This document shows, one piece after another, positions 45,912-55,620 of a stretch of DNA of 64,000 bases. A program made the position numbers and the translations under genes. The notes beneath the pieces are model-generated. The model worked only from the letters and a program-made list of their open reading frames with translations. It had not been told where the DNA came from and did no database searches. The DNA is from an uncultured Alphaproteobacteria bacterium (lineage in GTDB: Bacteria > Pseudomonadota > Alphaproteobacteria > Rickettsiales > UBA1997): positions 3,185-67,184 of the forward strand of contig CAIZZE010000039.1 in assembly GCA_903937405.1 (NCBI GenBank), given 5' to 3'. Each line of letters opens with the position of its first letter. Within the stretch, counting starts at the first letter, position 1.

Positions 45912-46268
45912 ATGGCACAGAAGAAGAAAACCAGTTCTGTAAAATCCATCAGCGAAAACATGAAAATCCGCTGCCCGATGCAACATCTATTAAACTTACT
46001 CTCCGGCACTTGGACAACATATATTTTATGGCTGATTAAATCAAAAGGCCCACAAAGATTTGGCGAAATTAAAAAAAATATTCCTCAAATTTCATCAAAA
46101 GTTTTAACTGAAAGATTGCGCATGTTGGAAGAAGAAAAAATCCTTAATCGCCTTCAGGAAGAAACAATTCCACCAAAAGTTACTTACAGCCTAACTAAAC
46201 AAGGCAAACAACTTGATAAAATTCTGGAAGAAATAAATAAACTCGCGCAAAAGTGGTACAGCGCTTAA
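45912..46268 (+). CDS. HxlR-family winged-helix transcriptional regulator
   Basis: 118 aa. CPMQHLLNLLSGTWTTYILWLI..GPQRFGEIKKNIPQISSKVLTERLRMLEEEKIL.R. Confidence 0.8.
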   Translation: MAQKKKTSSVKSISENMKIRCPMQHLLNLLSGTWTTYILWLIKSKGPQRFGEIKKNIPQISSKVLTERLRMLEEEKILNRLQEETIPPKVTYSLTKQGKQLDKILEEINKLAQKWYSA

Positions 46269-46309
46269 AAAATTATTTTTAAATCAATAACTAACTTTCT
46301 AAAAATAAC

Positions 46310-46540
46310 GTGATTACAAAATTAAGAACTCCTCGTTTTCTTTTCCCTTTCATCATGGCGATGATCATGGCTTTCATCATGTCTGGAGTGATGATTTTGA
46401 TTAATGCCGGTTTCATTAATGAGTTTCTGATTAACTGGTTTAGAACATTTTCAGTTGCTTTCTGGGTGGCTTTTCCGGTTGCTTATTTTGCCTCACCAAT
46501 TGTGCATAAATTGGTTAGAAAAATTCAGATTAAAGAGTAA
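46310..46540 (+). CDS. DUF2798-like small membrane protein
   Basis: 76 aa with a GTG start and two hydrophobic helices (FPFIMAMIMAFIMSGVMILINAG, FSVAFWVAFPVAYFASP). The pairing with an HxlR regulator is common for this family, as I recall. Confidence 0.5.
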   Translation: MITKLRTPRFLFPFIMAMIMAFIMSGVMILINAGFINEFLINWFRTFSVAFWVAFPVAYFASPIVHKLVRKIQIKE

Positions 46541-46554
46541 TTGATTCACAAGAA

Positions 46555-49017
46555 TTATAAAATCACCTCCACTAACTTCTCTTCTGCAACCAACTCAATC
46601 TCCTTGGCGTTGCAAACATTCGCCAAATCTTCGAGAAACTTTTCAATCCCAGCAACCCGCGCCACTCTTACTTTCTCAACCGTAGTTTTCATCGAAATAT
46701 TTTTTTCCGATTTAAATTTTCTCACCTCAAAAATCACATCCAACAACAATTTTCCATCTTTAATCAAGCCGTCATTATAAAATTTTGAATTAACTTGCGG
46801 CCAGTTTCCACGGGCGTTGACTGAATTATTTTTCGCAAATTCATCAGCAAAAAATACTGAATAAATTTCATCACAAATATGCGGAATAAAAGGTGCAAAA
46901 AGTTTTAACAAAGTGTTTAAACAAATTCGCAAAGTTAAAATCGCACTTTGTTGTTTGGCAGAAATTTCGGCTTTTTGTTGATCGTTTAATTCAAGTCCAG
47001 CAACTTTTTCCGCTGCAATTCCGTAAGATCTAACTTTGCAAATTTCCAAATAATTATCGCAAAAATCACGCCAAAAAAATTCTTCAATCGCTTCACGCGC
47101 TCTTGCATATTCAAAGCTTTCAAATTCTTTAGTTGCGCGTTCTACAACTTGTTGCAAACGAGCTAGAATCCATAAATCAGAAGCTTCATTTACTTTAGCA
47201 TCATCTTGCAACAAGGCAAAATTCATTGAAGCAAATTTCGCAGCGTTAAAAAATTTAGTGATTAATTTTTGGCCGATTTTAAATACTTCCTCCGAGTAAG
47301 CTGTGTCAGCGCCAAGATGCGAAGTTGAAGCCCAATAACGCACAATGTCGGAGCCTTTTTCTTCAATCAAAGAAGTTGGAGTAACTACATTTCCTTTTGA
47401 TTTACTCATTTTGGTTTTGTCCGCCGCCAAGCACCAGCCTGAAATCATCAGGTTTTTCCACGGGATTGAATTTTGGTGTAACGCTGATTTCACAATCGTG
47501 TAAAACGCCCAAGTACGAATAATTTCGTGCGCTTGCGGGCGCAAATCTGCGGGAAAAAGTTTTTCGTGGCGTTGTTTGTCGAAAGAAATTTCGCTGGAAA
47601 TTCCTTTGCTTGAAAGCTGCGGAGAAATTGACGAAGTCGCCCAAGTGTCCATAATGTCGGTTTCTGCCGTCACTTCATCGCGTGAATAACCATTTGGTAA
47701 ATCAACATTTGGATCACACGGAAGCTGTGAATGATCCGCCACCAAAATTTCCCCTTCTTCGCCTGCCCTTTTTGAATACCAAACTGGAAACGCTACGCCG
47801 AAAAATCTCTGGCGAGAAATACACCAATCCCACTGCAAACCATCAATCCATTGATCGATGCGCACTTTCATATATTCAGGAAACCAGTTACATTCCGCAG
47901 CTTTGCTTTTGAGCAATTCTTTTTTATCGAGAATTTTAATAAACCATTGCGGCGCAACTAGAATTTCAATTGGAACTCCGGAACGCTCGGCGCATTTAAC
48001 TGGGCGCCTGATGGTTTCTTGTTTTAGCAAAAGATTTTTGGCTTTTAGATCTTCAATTACTTTTTCTTTAAATTGCTTGATTGAAATGCCTTCAATTCTG
48101 CCATCTTTTTGAATAATTATTTTGAGCGGTAAATTGTGTTTTTTCCACCAACGAATATCGGTTTCATCGCCGAAAGTACAGCACATAACAGCACCAGTTC
48201 CTTTATCTAATTGAACTAAATCATCAGCGATAATTTGAACTTTAACGCCAAAAAGTGGCGTAACTGCGTTTTGTCCGTGGAATTTTTTATAACGCTCATC
48301 TTCAGGATGAACCATTACAGCGACACAAGCGGGCAGAAGCTCGGGACGCGTTGTCATAATGATAATTTTTTCATCACTTCCTTCAATTGAAAATTCAATT
48401 TCGTTCATCACGCCTTCAACTTCTTTATCGATCAAATCTGCTTGCGCTAGAGCGGTGCGGTCTGAAATGTCCCAAAAAACTGGTTCAAATTTTTTTTCAA
48501 CTAAATTTTTGCGATATAAATCAACAAAACTGGCTTGCGAAATTTTTTGTGATTCTGGTGAAATCGTTTGATATTTCTGGTCCCAATCCACTGAAAGCGC
48601 GATGGAATTAAATAAAATTTCAAATTCTTTTTCTGCCTCAAAAACAACTTCGCGACATTTTTTTACGAAAGATCCGTGGCCATTTTCGGCCTCAAAAACT
48701 CCCGCCTTTTTATCAATTATTTTTTCAACTAAACGTTCAGTCGGCAGTCCGTTATCGTCAAATCCCATTGGATAAAAGACATCTTTACCCGACATTCTCA
48801 TGTAACGCGCAACGAAGTCAGCTTGGGTGTAAGAAAAAACATGACCCATGTGCAAAACGCCAGAAACTGTTGGTGGCGGCGTGTCGATTACGAAAGTTTG
48901 AGCTTTGGGAAGATCATTTTTCCAGGCAAATATTTTGTTTTCCTTCCAGTAATTCTGCCAGAATTTCTCGCGGGATTTTGGATCGTATTTATCGGTAAGT
49001 TTTATTTGTTCTGACAT
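46555..49017 (-). CDS. valS: Valine--tRNA ligase, short archaeal/rickettsial type
   Basis: 820 aa. ..PPPTVSGVLHMGHVFSYTQADFVARYMRMSGKDVFYPMGFDDNGLPTE.. and KMSKSKGN. The GFDDNGLP form (rather than bacterial PG.DHAGIATQ) and the short length match the archaeal-like ValRS described for Rickettsia. Confidence 0.88.
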   Translation of the reverse strand: MSEQIKLTDKYDPKSREKFWQNYWKENKIFAWKNDLPKAQTFVIDTPPPTVSGVLHMGHVFSYTQADFVARYMRMSGKDVFYPMGFDDNGLPTERLVEKIIDKKAGVFEAENGHGSFVKKCREVVFEAEKEFEILFNSIALSVDWDQKYQTISPESQKISQASFVDLYRKNLVEKKFEPVFWDISDRTALAQADLIDKEVEGVMNEIEFSIEGSDEKIIIMTTRPELLPACVAVMVHPEDERYKKFHGQNAVTPLFGVKVQIIADDLVQLDKGTGAVMCCTFGDETDIRWWKKHNLPLKIIIQKDGRIEGISIKQFKEKVIEDLKAKNLLLKQETIRRPVKCAERSGVPIEILVAPQWFIKILDKKELLKSKAAECNWFPEYMKVRIDQWIDGLQWDWCISRQRFFGVAFPVWYSKRAGEEGEILVADHSQLPCDPNVDLPNGYSRDEVTAETDIMDTWATSSISPQLSSKGISSEISFDKQRHEKLFPADLRPQAHEIIRTWAFYTIVKSALHQNSIPWKNLMISGWCLAADKTKMSKSKGNVVTPTSLIEEKGSDIVRYWASTSHLGADTAYSEEVFKIGQKLITKFFNAAKFASMNFALLQDDAKVNEASDLWILARLQQVVERATKEFESFEYARAREAIEEFFWRDFCDNYLEICKVRSYGIAAEKVAGLELNDQQKAEISAKQQSAILTLRICLNTLLKLFAPFIPHICDEIYSVFFADEFAKNNSVNARGNWPQVNSKFYNDGLIKDGKLLLDVIFEVRKFKSEKNISMKTTVEKVRVARVAGIEKFLEDLANVCNAKEIELVAEEKLVEVIL

Positions 49018-49064
49018 TTTTAGTTTATTTATTTACGTTTGAGAGTTTTCTCTTGAAGCAAAAT

Positions 49065-49150
49065 AGATCCCAAAAACAAGTTCAGGATGACGGAGTTTTT
49101 GTTTATTTTCTAATCTAAGCATCGTCATCCTGAACTTGTTTTAAGGATCT
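49065..49150. repeat. Family 1 palindromic element
   Basis: AGATCCCAAAAACAAGTTCAGGATGACG...CGTCATCCTGAACTTGTTTTAAGGATCT, between valS and bamB. Confidence 0.85.
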
Positions 49151-49168
49151 ATTAATTGCCTCAAATAA

Positions 49169-50500
49169 CTATTCCACTTCCACCAAATCAACTACATATT
49201 TTCCTAAAATATGTAGATAAATTTTGTTTCCGACAACCGCCGGAGAATGAGAAATTCTTTTGCCGACCAAAAAAGTTTTTTCCACTTTTCCATCAATTGG
49301 AGAGGCAACCAATAACGTGCCGCTATTATTTGAAATCACCAATTTATCGCCAGCCATAATCACGCCGCTGTAAATTATTCTGGTTTCCAATTTATCTTTT
49401 TTCGCCAAATTCGGCAATTGCGAAATCCATTTTATACCGCCGGTTTTTCTGTGAATTGCTAATAATTTATTGTCATTATTAATCACATATAAAAAGTCGC
49501 CGGCAAGCCAGAAATCAACAATTCCGGCGATTTCTTTGCGCCATAAATAATTACCGTTTTTAGTTGAAATTGCCATCATCCAACCGCCATTTCCGATGGT
49601 GTAAATCATGTCATCTTTGGCAAGTGGAGTTGCATCAATATCGTTCAAATAAAAGTCGGAATTGGTTGCTTTACTAAGATTTAAATTTTGCGACCACAGC
49701 GATTCACCAGTTTTTTTATTAACTCCATAAATTTCACCGGAAGAATAAGAAACAATTATTGAATCTTTGTAAATTACAGGGTCCGCCGCGCCAAAAATTG
49801 CGGTGGTGCGCAGAATTCCAGATTGAAACCATTGCAATTCACCGTCATTTATATTTAACGCGTAAAGCTTATTGTCATTGGTTGAAACATAAACCAAATT
49901 GCCCTCAGAAACCGGCGTTGAAACTGGAATTGAAGAAATGTCACGCGACCATAAAATTTTGCCATCAATTTCATCTACAGCCAATATTTTATTGGTTCCA
50001 GCAGTTGCAAAAATTTTACCTTGAGCATAGCCAATTTTTGGGGCGCGGTAATTTTTAAGAATTTTTTTGTGGAAGATTTGTGACTTCCAAACTTTTTTCT
50101 CAGTCTTTAAATTATAAGCTACCAACTCGCCGGTAGTGTCTAAAATATAAGCAATATCGCCGTTAATTACTGGAGAAAAAACGAAATGGTCGTTGAGGTT
50201 GCCGCTGTAAAAAGTCCAGAATTGTGAAGATTCTTTTAAAGAAATTTGGCGGGATTTTTTTAGGGAAAAAACTTTGGTGAAATTTTCAATGCGTTGGTTG
50301 CTTTCGCTGGCCGATGCTAGCCATAAATTATTTTGCTGTTGTTTTGGAAGCTTGATTTCAGTGCTTTCAAGGCTTTTATCAATTGTAATTGGGTCGATTG
50401 CAATGAAGGCGGAAATTGCTTTGGCCTTGTCATATTTTTCATCTTTATCGCAGGCGGAGATTAGAAGAATTACCAAAAAGAGTGATGATAGTTTTTTCAT
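49169..50500 (-). CDS. bamB: Outer-membrane protein assembly factor BamB (PQQ-like beta-propeller lipoprotein)
   Basis: 443 aa. Lipobox LLISAC, repeated ..G.l.A.d..tGk..W.. propeller blades, and yfgM-like/bamB synteny. Confidence 0.8.
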   Translation of the reverse strand: MKKLSSLFLVILLISACDKDEKYDKAKAISAFIAIDPITIDKSLESTEIKLPKQQQNNLWLASASESNQRIENFTKVFSLKKSRQISLKESSQFWTFYSGNLNDHFVFSPVINGDIAYILDTTGELVAYNLKTEKKVWKSQIFHKKILKNYRAPKIGYAQGKIFATAGTNKILAVDEIDGKILWSRDISSIPVSTPVSEGNLVYVSTNDNKLYALNINDGELQWFQSGILRTTAIFGAADPVIYKDSIIVSYSSGEIYGVNKKTGESLWSQNLNLSKATNSDFYLNDIDATPLAKDDMIYTIGNGGWMMAISTKNGNYLWRKEIAGIVDFWLAGDFLYVINNDNKLLAIHRKTGGIKWISQLPNLAKKDKLETRIIYSGVIMAGDKLVISNNSGTLLVASPIDGKVEKTFLVGKRISHSPAVVGNKIYLHILGKYVVDLVEVE

Positions 50501-50533
50501 TTTTGATATTATTGAGATTCAATTATAGATCGT

Positions 50534-50629
50534 ATGGACCCCGTCGTGAAGACGGGGTGACAAATTGTTGTCCGAGGGAAAAACTCTAAATACACTTAAG
50601 TGTCACCCCGTCTTCACGACGGGGTCCAT
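50534..50629. repeat. Family 2 hairpin/MITE-like element (compact form)
   Basis: ATGGACCCCGTCGTGAAGACGGGGTGACA...TGTCACCCCGTCTTCACGACGGGGTCCAT. The 29-bp termini are perfect inverted copies around a ~38-bp core. Confidence 0.85.
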
Positions 50630-50649
50630 GCGATTTTTATGTTAGATTC

Positions 50650-51411
50650 TTACTTTTTTTCTTCCGCTTTTTCTTCTTTCTCTTCTTCTTTTTTCACATC
50701 TTTTTCAACTTCTTTAATATCAACTTTCGGCTCATAACCTTTCGCCGCAATTATTTTTAAACCATCAGCTGCTCTAGCTTTAAGCACTTGTGAACTTTCA
50801 GGATTTTTAGCAATTTGCTCGTAAATTTTATAAGCTTTTTCCAAATTGTTTCTGTGTAATTCAAGCATCGCTCTTTGCTCGGCAATGTGATATCTAAGCA
50901 CTTTACCACCATTTTCTACTTTTTCGATTCTGGTGTTCAAATCATCTTTATTCAATTCCGCTTCATCAGAAAGCCAAGTTCTAACTGCTAGCAAAGCGCC
51001 AAGATCTTTGATGTAAGTATCGCAAGATCCGCAACCGCTAACTTCTAAATAAATTTTAGCTGAATCCTGTTTATTGCCTTCTTCCAAAAGAATCGCCGCC
51101 AGACGAAGTGAAGCCAAAGATCTAACACCACTTGGCGCTGATTTAGCGTCATAGATTTGTTTTAAATCTTTTTTTGCTTCTTCAATATTTCCAACTTGCT
51201 GATTCAACAACGATTTATGAAGGATTTCAGAATATTTGGCTTCTTGCGAATTTTGATAAGATTTAAATCCAAAAAGAACGATCAAACCAACAATTGCAAA
51301 AATCACTAAACGCGCAATATTTTTGCCGTTTTTAGCGAAAAAATTTCCAATGGATTCAGCTCTAGATTGAGCGCGGGCTTGGTTAATTAAGTTCATTGCT
51401 TCGTCTGACAT
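50650..51411 (-). CDS. YfgM-like membrane-anchored TPR-like protein
   Basis: 253 aa. A single N-terminal TM (ARLVIFAIVGLIVLFGF), a helical repeat body and an acidic/lysine tail. Its position upstream of bamB mirrors the yfgM-bamB arrangement. Confidence 0.55.
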   Translation of the reverse strand: MSDEAMNLINQARAQSRAESIGNFFAKNGKNIARLVIFAIVGLIVLFGFKSYQNSQEAKYSEILHKSLLNQQVGNIEEAKKDLKQIYDAKSAPSGVRSLASLRLAAILLEEGNKQDSAKIYLEVSGCGSCDTYIKDLGALLAVRTWLSDEAELNKDDLNTRIEKVENGGKVLRYHIAEQRAMLELHRNNLEKAYKIYEQIAKNPESSQVLKARAADGLKIIAAKGYEPKVDIKEVEKDVKKEEEKEEKAEEKK

Positions 51412-51428
51412 AGTTTCCTTTTTAATAA

Positions 51429-52313
51429 TTAATTAATAATTTTTAGACAGCAGTCCAAAGTGTTTTTTAGTAAATAAGCGATAGTCATAGGCCCTACTCC
51501 ACCCGGAACTGGGCTGGTTGCGTAAGCAATATCTTTAACATTTTCAAAATCAACATCGCCGACTAATTTTGTTTTTCCATCGGCCAAAGTGATGCGATTA
51601 ATACCAACGTCAATAATAACTGCGCCTTTTTTTACCATATCCGCCTTGATTAAATTGGGAACGCCAGCAGCAGAAATAATTACATCGGCTTGCAAACATT
51701 CATTTTTCAAATCTTTTGTTGAACGATTAGCGATTGTAACGGTGCAGCTTTCGAGCATTAAAAGTCGCGCCAGCGGACGACCAACGATGTTTGAAGAACC
51801 AATCACCAAAGTTTTTAAACCAGATAAATCGGCGCCTTTTACCGATTTTAATAAATGCACGCAACCAAGCGGCGTGCAAGGAACCATGGCTTTATCAATG
51901 CCCGAAATTTCGCCAACCGAAAGTTTTCCAACATTAATTATGTTAAAACCATCGACATCTTTGCGGTGATCAATTGCGTGAATTACATTGCGCGCATCAA
52001 TATGCTTTGGAAGTGGCAATTGCACCAAAATGCCGTGAATTTTTTTATCTTCATTTAACTCACGAATTTTGGCGACTAAATCATCTTCAGAAATATCCGC
52101 CGCCATTTTAAATTGCAGCGAATTCATACCCACCGCATGCGCCGCTTTTTCTTTATTTCCAACATAAACTTCACTGGCTGGATCGTTTCCCACCAAGATC
52201 ACAGCGAGACTTGGAATAACATTAAAATTCTTTTTAATTTCTTGAATTTGAACAGCAATTTCCAGCTTCATTGAAGCAGCAATTTCTTTGCCATTGATGA
52301 TTTGAGATGTCAT
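51429..52313 (-). CDS. folD: Bifunctional methylenetetrahydrofolate dehydrogenase/cyclohydrolase
   Basis: 294 aa. ..LAVILVGNDPASEVYVGNKEK.., ..GILVQLPLPKHI.., ..PVPGGVGPMTIA... Confidence 0.92.
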   Translation of the reverse strand: MTSQIINGKEIAASMKLEIAVQIQEIKKNFNVIPSLAVILVGNDPASEVYVGNKEKAAHAVGMNSLQFKMAADISEDDLVAKIRELNEDKKIHGILVQLPLPKHIDARNVIHAIDHRKDVDGFNIINVGKLSVGEISGIDKAMVPCTPLGCVHLLKSVKGADLSGLKTLVIGSSNIVGRPLARLLMLESCTVTIANRSTKDLKNECLQADVIISAAGVPNLIKADMVKKGAVIIDVGINRITLADGKTKLVGDVDFENVKDIAYATSPVPGGVGPMTIAYLLKNTLDCCLKIIN

Positions 52314-52463
52314 TTATTTTTGAAAGTTTGTATGAAAATATAGCCGTAATCAAGCCCGACTTCACGGAATTAAAGAAATGTCTTTTGATAAGACAGATTT
52401 AATAGAGTAAATACAGCTTTCCAAATTATCACTAACTTTCAGACTCTGTATTAATTATTTTTT

Positions 52464-53300
52464 TTACTTCTCAATTTTATAGGGATTTTTAATTTTCTTA
52501 AATTTCTTTCTGATTTTTGGAGAAAAGAAAAACATCAAAAGCCCTACATTACACAAATGCTTCTTTATCTTAAATAAGATGAAAGATTGAATTTTATAGA
52601 ACCTAATTTCTCTACTTGAAAAATATTTTTTGTGAATCTCTCTAATCTCTCCTATTCCCACTTGCTTCAATTTTGAATCCGTACTCATTCCATCGTAGGC
52701 TTTAAAGCAGGAAATGATTTTGTTAATGTAGTCATATGAAGATTTATGTTTAAAAATAAACCTGATAAACATTTCTGCATCGGCAGCGCTGCGGTAATTT
52801 ACATCATATAAACCGAACTTCTGGAATAAATCTTTTTTAATGAAAGCAGATTGATGTCGTAGAGAAAAATTATGTAAAAAATAATAGGCGTTCATTTTTT
52901 TAGGACCGGTTTTTAAAATATAAAATCTCTTCTTATCTTCAGAAGAGAGAATAAATTTTTCATTACCATAAATGATATCACTTGTGAAATTTTTACTAAA
53001 AACTTCTTCTAAAATTCCCGCATTTTCCAGATAATCTCCGCCATTTAAAAATAACAAATACTCTCCTTGAGCCAAATGGATTCCCTTGTTCATAGCATAA
53101 TAAATTCCTTTATCACGCTCGGAAATGAAATGGGACATTTTTTCTTTATATTTTTCTAAAATATCCAATGTGCCATCGCTTGATTCACCATCAATAACAA
53201 TCCATTCAAAATTTTTATAAGTTTGAATGGCAACGCTTCTACAAGTGTCTTCTATCTCTTTCGCTTCATTGCGACATATTGTAATTATTGACAATTTCAT
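52464..53300 (-). CDS. Family 2 glycosyltransferase
   Basis: 278 aa. MKLSIITICRNEAKEI...WIVIDGESSDGT...LFLNGGD. Confidence 0.8.
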   Translation of the reverse strand: MKLSIITICRNEAKEIEDTCRSVAIQTYKNFEWIVIDGESSDGTLDILEKYKEKMSHFISERDKGIYYAMNKGIHLAQGEYLLFLNGGDYLENAGILEEVFSKNFTSDIIYGNEKFILSSEDKKRFYILKTGPKKMNAYYFLHNFSLRHQSAFIKKDLFQKFGLYDVNYRSAADAEMFIRFIFKHKSSYDYINKIISCFKAYDGMSTDSKLKQVGIGEIREIHKKYFSSREIRFYKIQSFILFKIKKHLCNVGLLMFFFSPKIRKKFKKIKNPYKIEK

Positions 53301-53323
53301 AGTTATAGTCCCGATTTCCGTAA

Positions 53324-54303
53324 TTATAAAAGTTTTTTCCTGATTTTTCGCCTTTTATCTTTTGGCATCAGACAACACAACGCTTTAACGCCAAATCTAA
53401 AAACTCTTCTTTTAAGAAAAGCTATTTTCAAATCATAGCCATAAAAGATAACCATTAAATTATTGCGGACAAACTCTGGTTTCAATTCAAAACTTTCGGT
53501 AATTTTTTTGTTATTGCGAAGAGATTTTTTAATTCTTAGATAATGTGCATTTGCCAAATCTTTATTGATTTGGGTATAAATAAACCAGATTACTGCTTTG
53601 CGGTAAAAGACAAAAAGATTACCTTCTCGCAAGCTGACAAACAGTGCGAATCTAAAATAACCTGATCTCCTAAAAGAATTTTATTTTCAGCATCTCTTTG
53701 CTCATAATGAAGCCCTTCCCGACCAGAAGATTTTAAAGTATCATTGACAATAATGTTGTTAAATCCGTTCTTTTGAAAAAAGAAATCTTTTATTTTTTCA
53801 ACCACTCCTTCTTCATCTGTTGCGATAAAAATATTATCAAAATTTCCGGACTTAAGTTCCTTTTCTACTGTGGCAATATAAGTCGGTAACTCAACTCTAT
53901 CAGTATGAAAATGATCCGTTCCTCTAAAATGAATTCCTAAAGTTCTTTTCGGAATTTTAACATTTTCCTTTAAGAATTTTTCGATACGCGAATTGTAAGG
54001 AAAATATTTTCTATATTCCGTCAAACATAATTCTTCTTTAGTGGGCCAAGCACTCAAGGCGTATGATTTTGTGGTTTTAAATTTTTTCTTCCGATCTTCT
54101 GAACTAACTTTAGCTGCTTCAAACCAATTTTTGGGATTTCCATAAAGCGAAAACATATTTTCAGAAATAAATAATTTTTCCGGATTATATTTGCGTTTTT
54201 TTATCAACTCCCGAGCCGAAGTTAGAATGGTAATGTAATTTGAAAGAAAACCGCGCTGAATCCACTCAGTTAAAACAACATCTGACCTAAAATAATTTAG
54301 CAT
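53324..54303 (-). pseudogene. Putative fucosyltransferase-like glycosyltransferase, apparently split by a frameshift (ORFs 53590..54303 and 53324..53632)
   Basis: The upstream ORF has ..LGIHFRGTDH.. (resembling the HxRRGD motif of GT11-type enzymes), ..NIFIATDEE.. and ..LDSHCLSACEKVI.., then stops. The overlapping +1 ORF continues with ..GNLFVFYRKAVIW.. where an (S/G)N..F...A motif would be expected. The two frames overlap across a T5 run. fcl lies nearby. Confidence 0.35.
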
Positions 54304-55255
54304 TTCTTTGAATTTGATTAATGATTTTGTCGGTTAATTCTTCCTGATTTAAAAATTTATCAATGATGATTTCAGAAAAATTTCCGTCCTCAAAAATATT
54401 GTTCAAACTATATGCTTTTTGAGATTGGAGATCGGGATATAAAACCACAAGATTAGCTTTGCTAAAGGCAAGAAGATCACAAATTCCGCTTCTAAGGGAA
54501 ATTGTAAAAGCGCTGATTCTGGCAATTGCTACAATTTCTTTTAATTCAACATCAAGGAAAATTACTTTTTCTTCATCAGTATGAAAATTCTTTTTGTCTG
54601 CGGCATTTATAATTATATTAAAATTATGGCAGCGCAATTTGGAAATAATTTCATTCCATAAATCAACTGAAATCATTGGAATAGAATTAGCCTTAGGCAT
54701 AATAACTACAGTTTTAGCCGGATCAAAACCCATTTTATTTAAAAAATCTTTAGCCTTGGAAATATTATAAATATTAAGATCAGCTGTTTCTAACTTAGCC
54801 GATTCATCCAGTTTTAGCGCTATTTTATACATATCAACTAAAGACAAATTTTTATAGCCTAATATTGCAACCAAACTTGACAAATTAGAATTTAACAACG
54901 GATGGGGAATAAAAATTCTGCCTTTTTTAATTAAAGATGTATTGCAAATTTTTTCGTAGCGAAAATTTAGAAAAGTGGATTTTAAAATAATAGATTGATC
55001 AACCGCGGGAAACATTTGCACTAAAATCTGATGATTTTTTTTCACCAGAATTACAACTTTACCGCCATTTTTTAACTTAAATTCATGAATCAAAGAAGAT
55101 AAAAACAAAGTGTCGCCAAGTCCGAAAGGCAAAAGAAAAATCCAATCTTTTTTAGTAACACCATTAATTTTTAATAAAAAAAACAATTGGATTTTAGTAA
55201 TTAATTGCGCCGCTGTAATCTTAATAAATTTTTTAATTTTCTTAGTTAATTTCAT
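54287..55255 (-). CDS. GT9-like (heptosyltransferase-fold) glycosyltransferase
   Basis: 322 aa. ..IFLLPFGLGDTLFLSSLIHEFKLKNGGKVVILVKKNHQILVQMFPAVDQ.. resembles the iGD....p.l..lk...p...i..l pattern of GT9 enzymes. Confidence 0.5.
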   Translation of the reverse strand: MKLTKKIKKFIKITAAQLITKIQLFFLLKINGVTKKDWIFLLPFGLGDTLFLSSLIHEFKLKNGGKVVILVKKNHQILVQMFPAVDQSIILKSTFLNFRYEKICNTSLIKKGRIFIPHPLLNSNLSSLVAILGYKNLSLVDMYKIALKLDESAKLETADLNIYNISKAKDFLNKMGFDPAKTVVIMPKANSIPMISVDLWNEIISKLRCHNFNIIINAADKKNFHTDEEKVIFLDVELKEIVAIARISAFTISLRSGICDLLAFSKANLVVLYPDLQSQKAYSLNNIFEDGNFSEIIIDKFLNQEELTDKIINQIQRNAKLF

Positions 55256-55620
55256 AAATTTTCATCGATTGAAAAATTAACCAAAAGCGGCGCATCTCTG
55301 TCTTTATTGATTGCATAAGCAGTTTTTAATCCTGATGGTTTTTTGTCATTTATTAAAATTCTTTCTCCAAAAGGCAGATCAAAAATTATTTCATCGTAAC
55401 GCAGATTAAATTTTTTGAGAAATTTTTTTAAATCAGCTTCATATTTTTTCTGACGCGAAGTGGTTAAAATCACCTTGTCTTTTGGCGTAATTTTAGAAAA
55501 AAAATCAATAACGCCATCAAGAAGTTTATCTTCTCCTTTCAAATAACCATTATGCTCAACTATTGTGCCATCAACATCAATTATCCAAGTTTTAGGAAGT
55601 GGCGAAAAAATTAAATTCAT
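55252..55620 (-). CDS. Small HAD-superfamily phosphatase-like protein
   Basis: 122 aa with the DxDGT motif (WIIDVDGTIVEH). It overlaps both neighbours (4 nt downstream, 1 nt upstream). Confidence 0.55.
   Translation of the reverse strand: MNLIFSPLPKTWIIDVDGTIVEHNGYLKGEDKLLDGVIDFFSKITPKDKVILTTSRQKKYEADLKKFLKKFNLRYDEIIFDLPFGERILINDKKPSGLKTAYAINKDRDAPLLVNFSIDENL

Noticed and set aside
46541-46780. 79-aa plus-strand ORF after the DUF2798 gene
   Set aside because: It lies almost entirely antisense to the 3' end of valS (apart from the first ~14 nt) and has a low-complexity Ser/Thr/Phe-rich sequence, so it is likely spurious.
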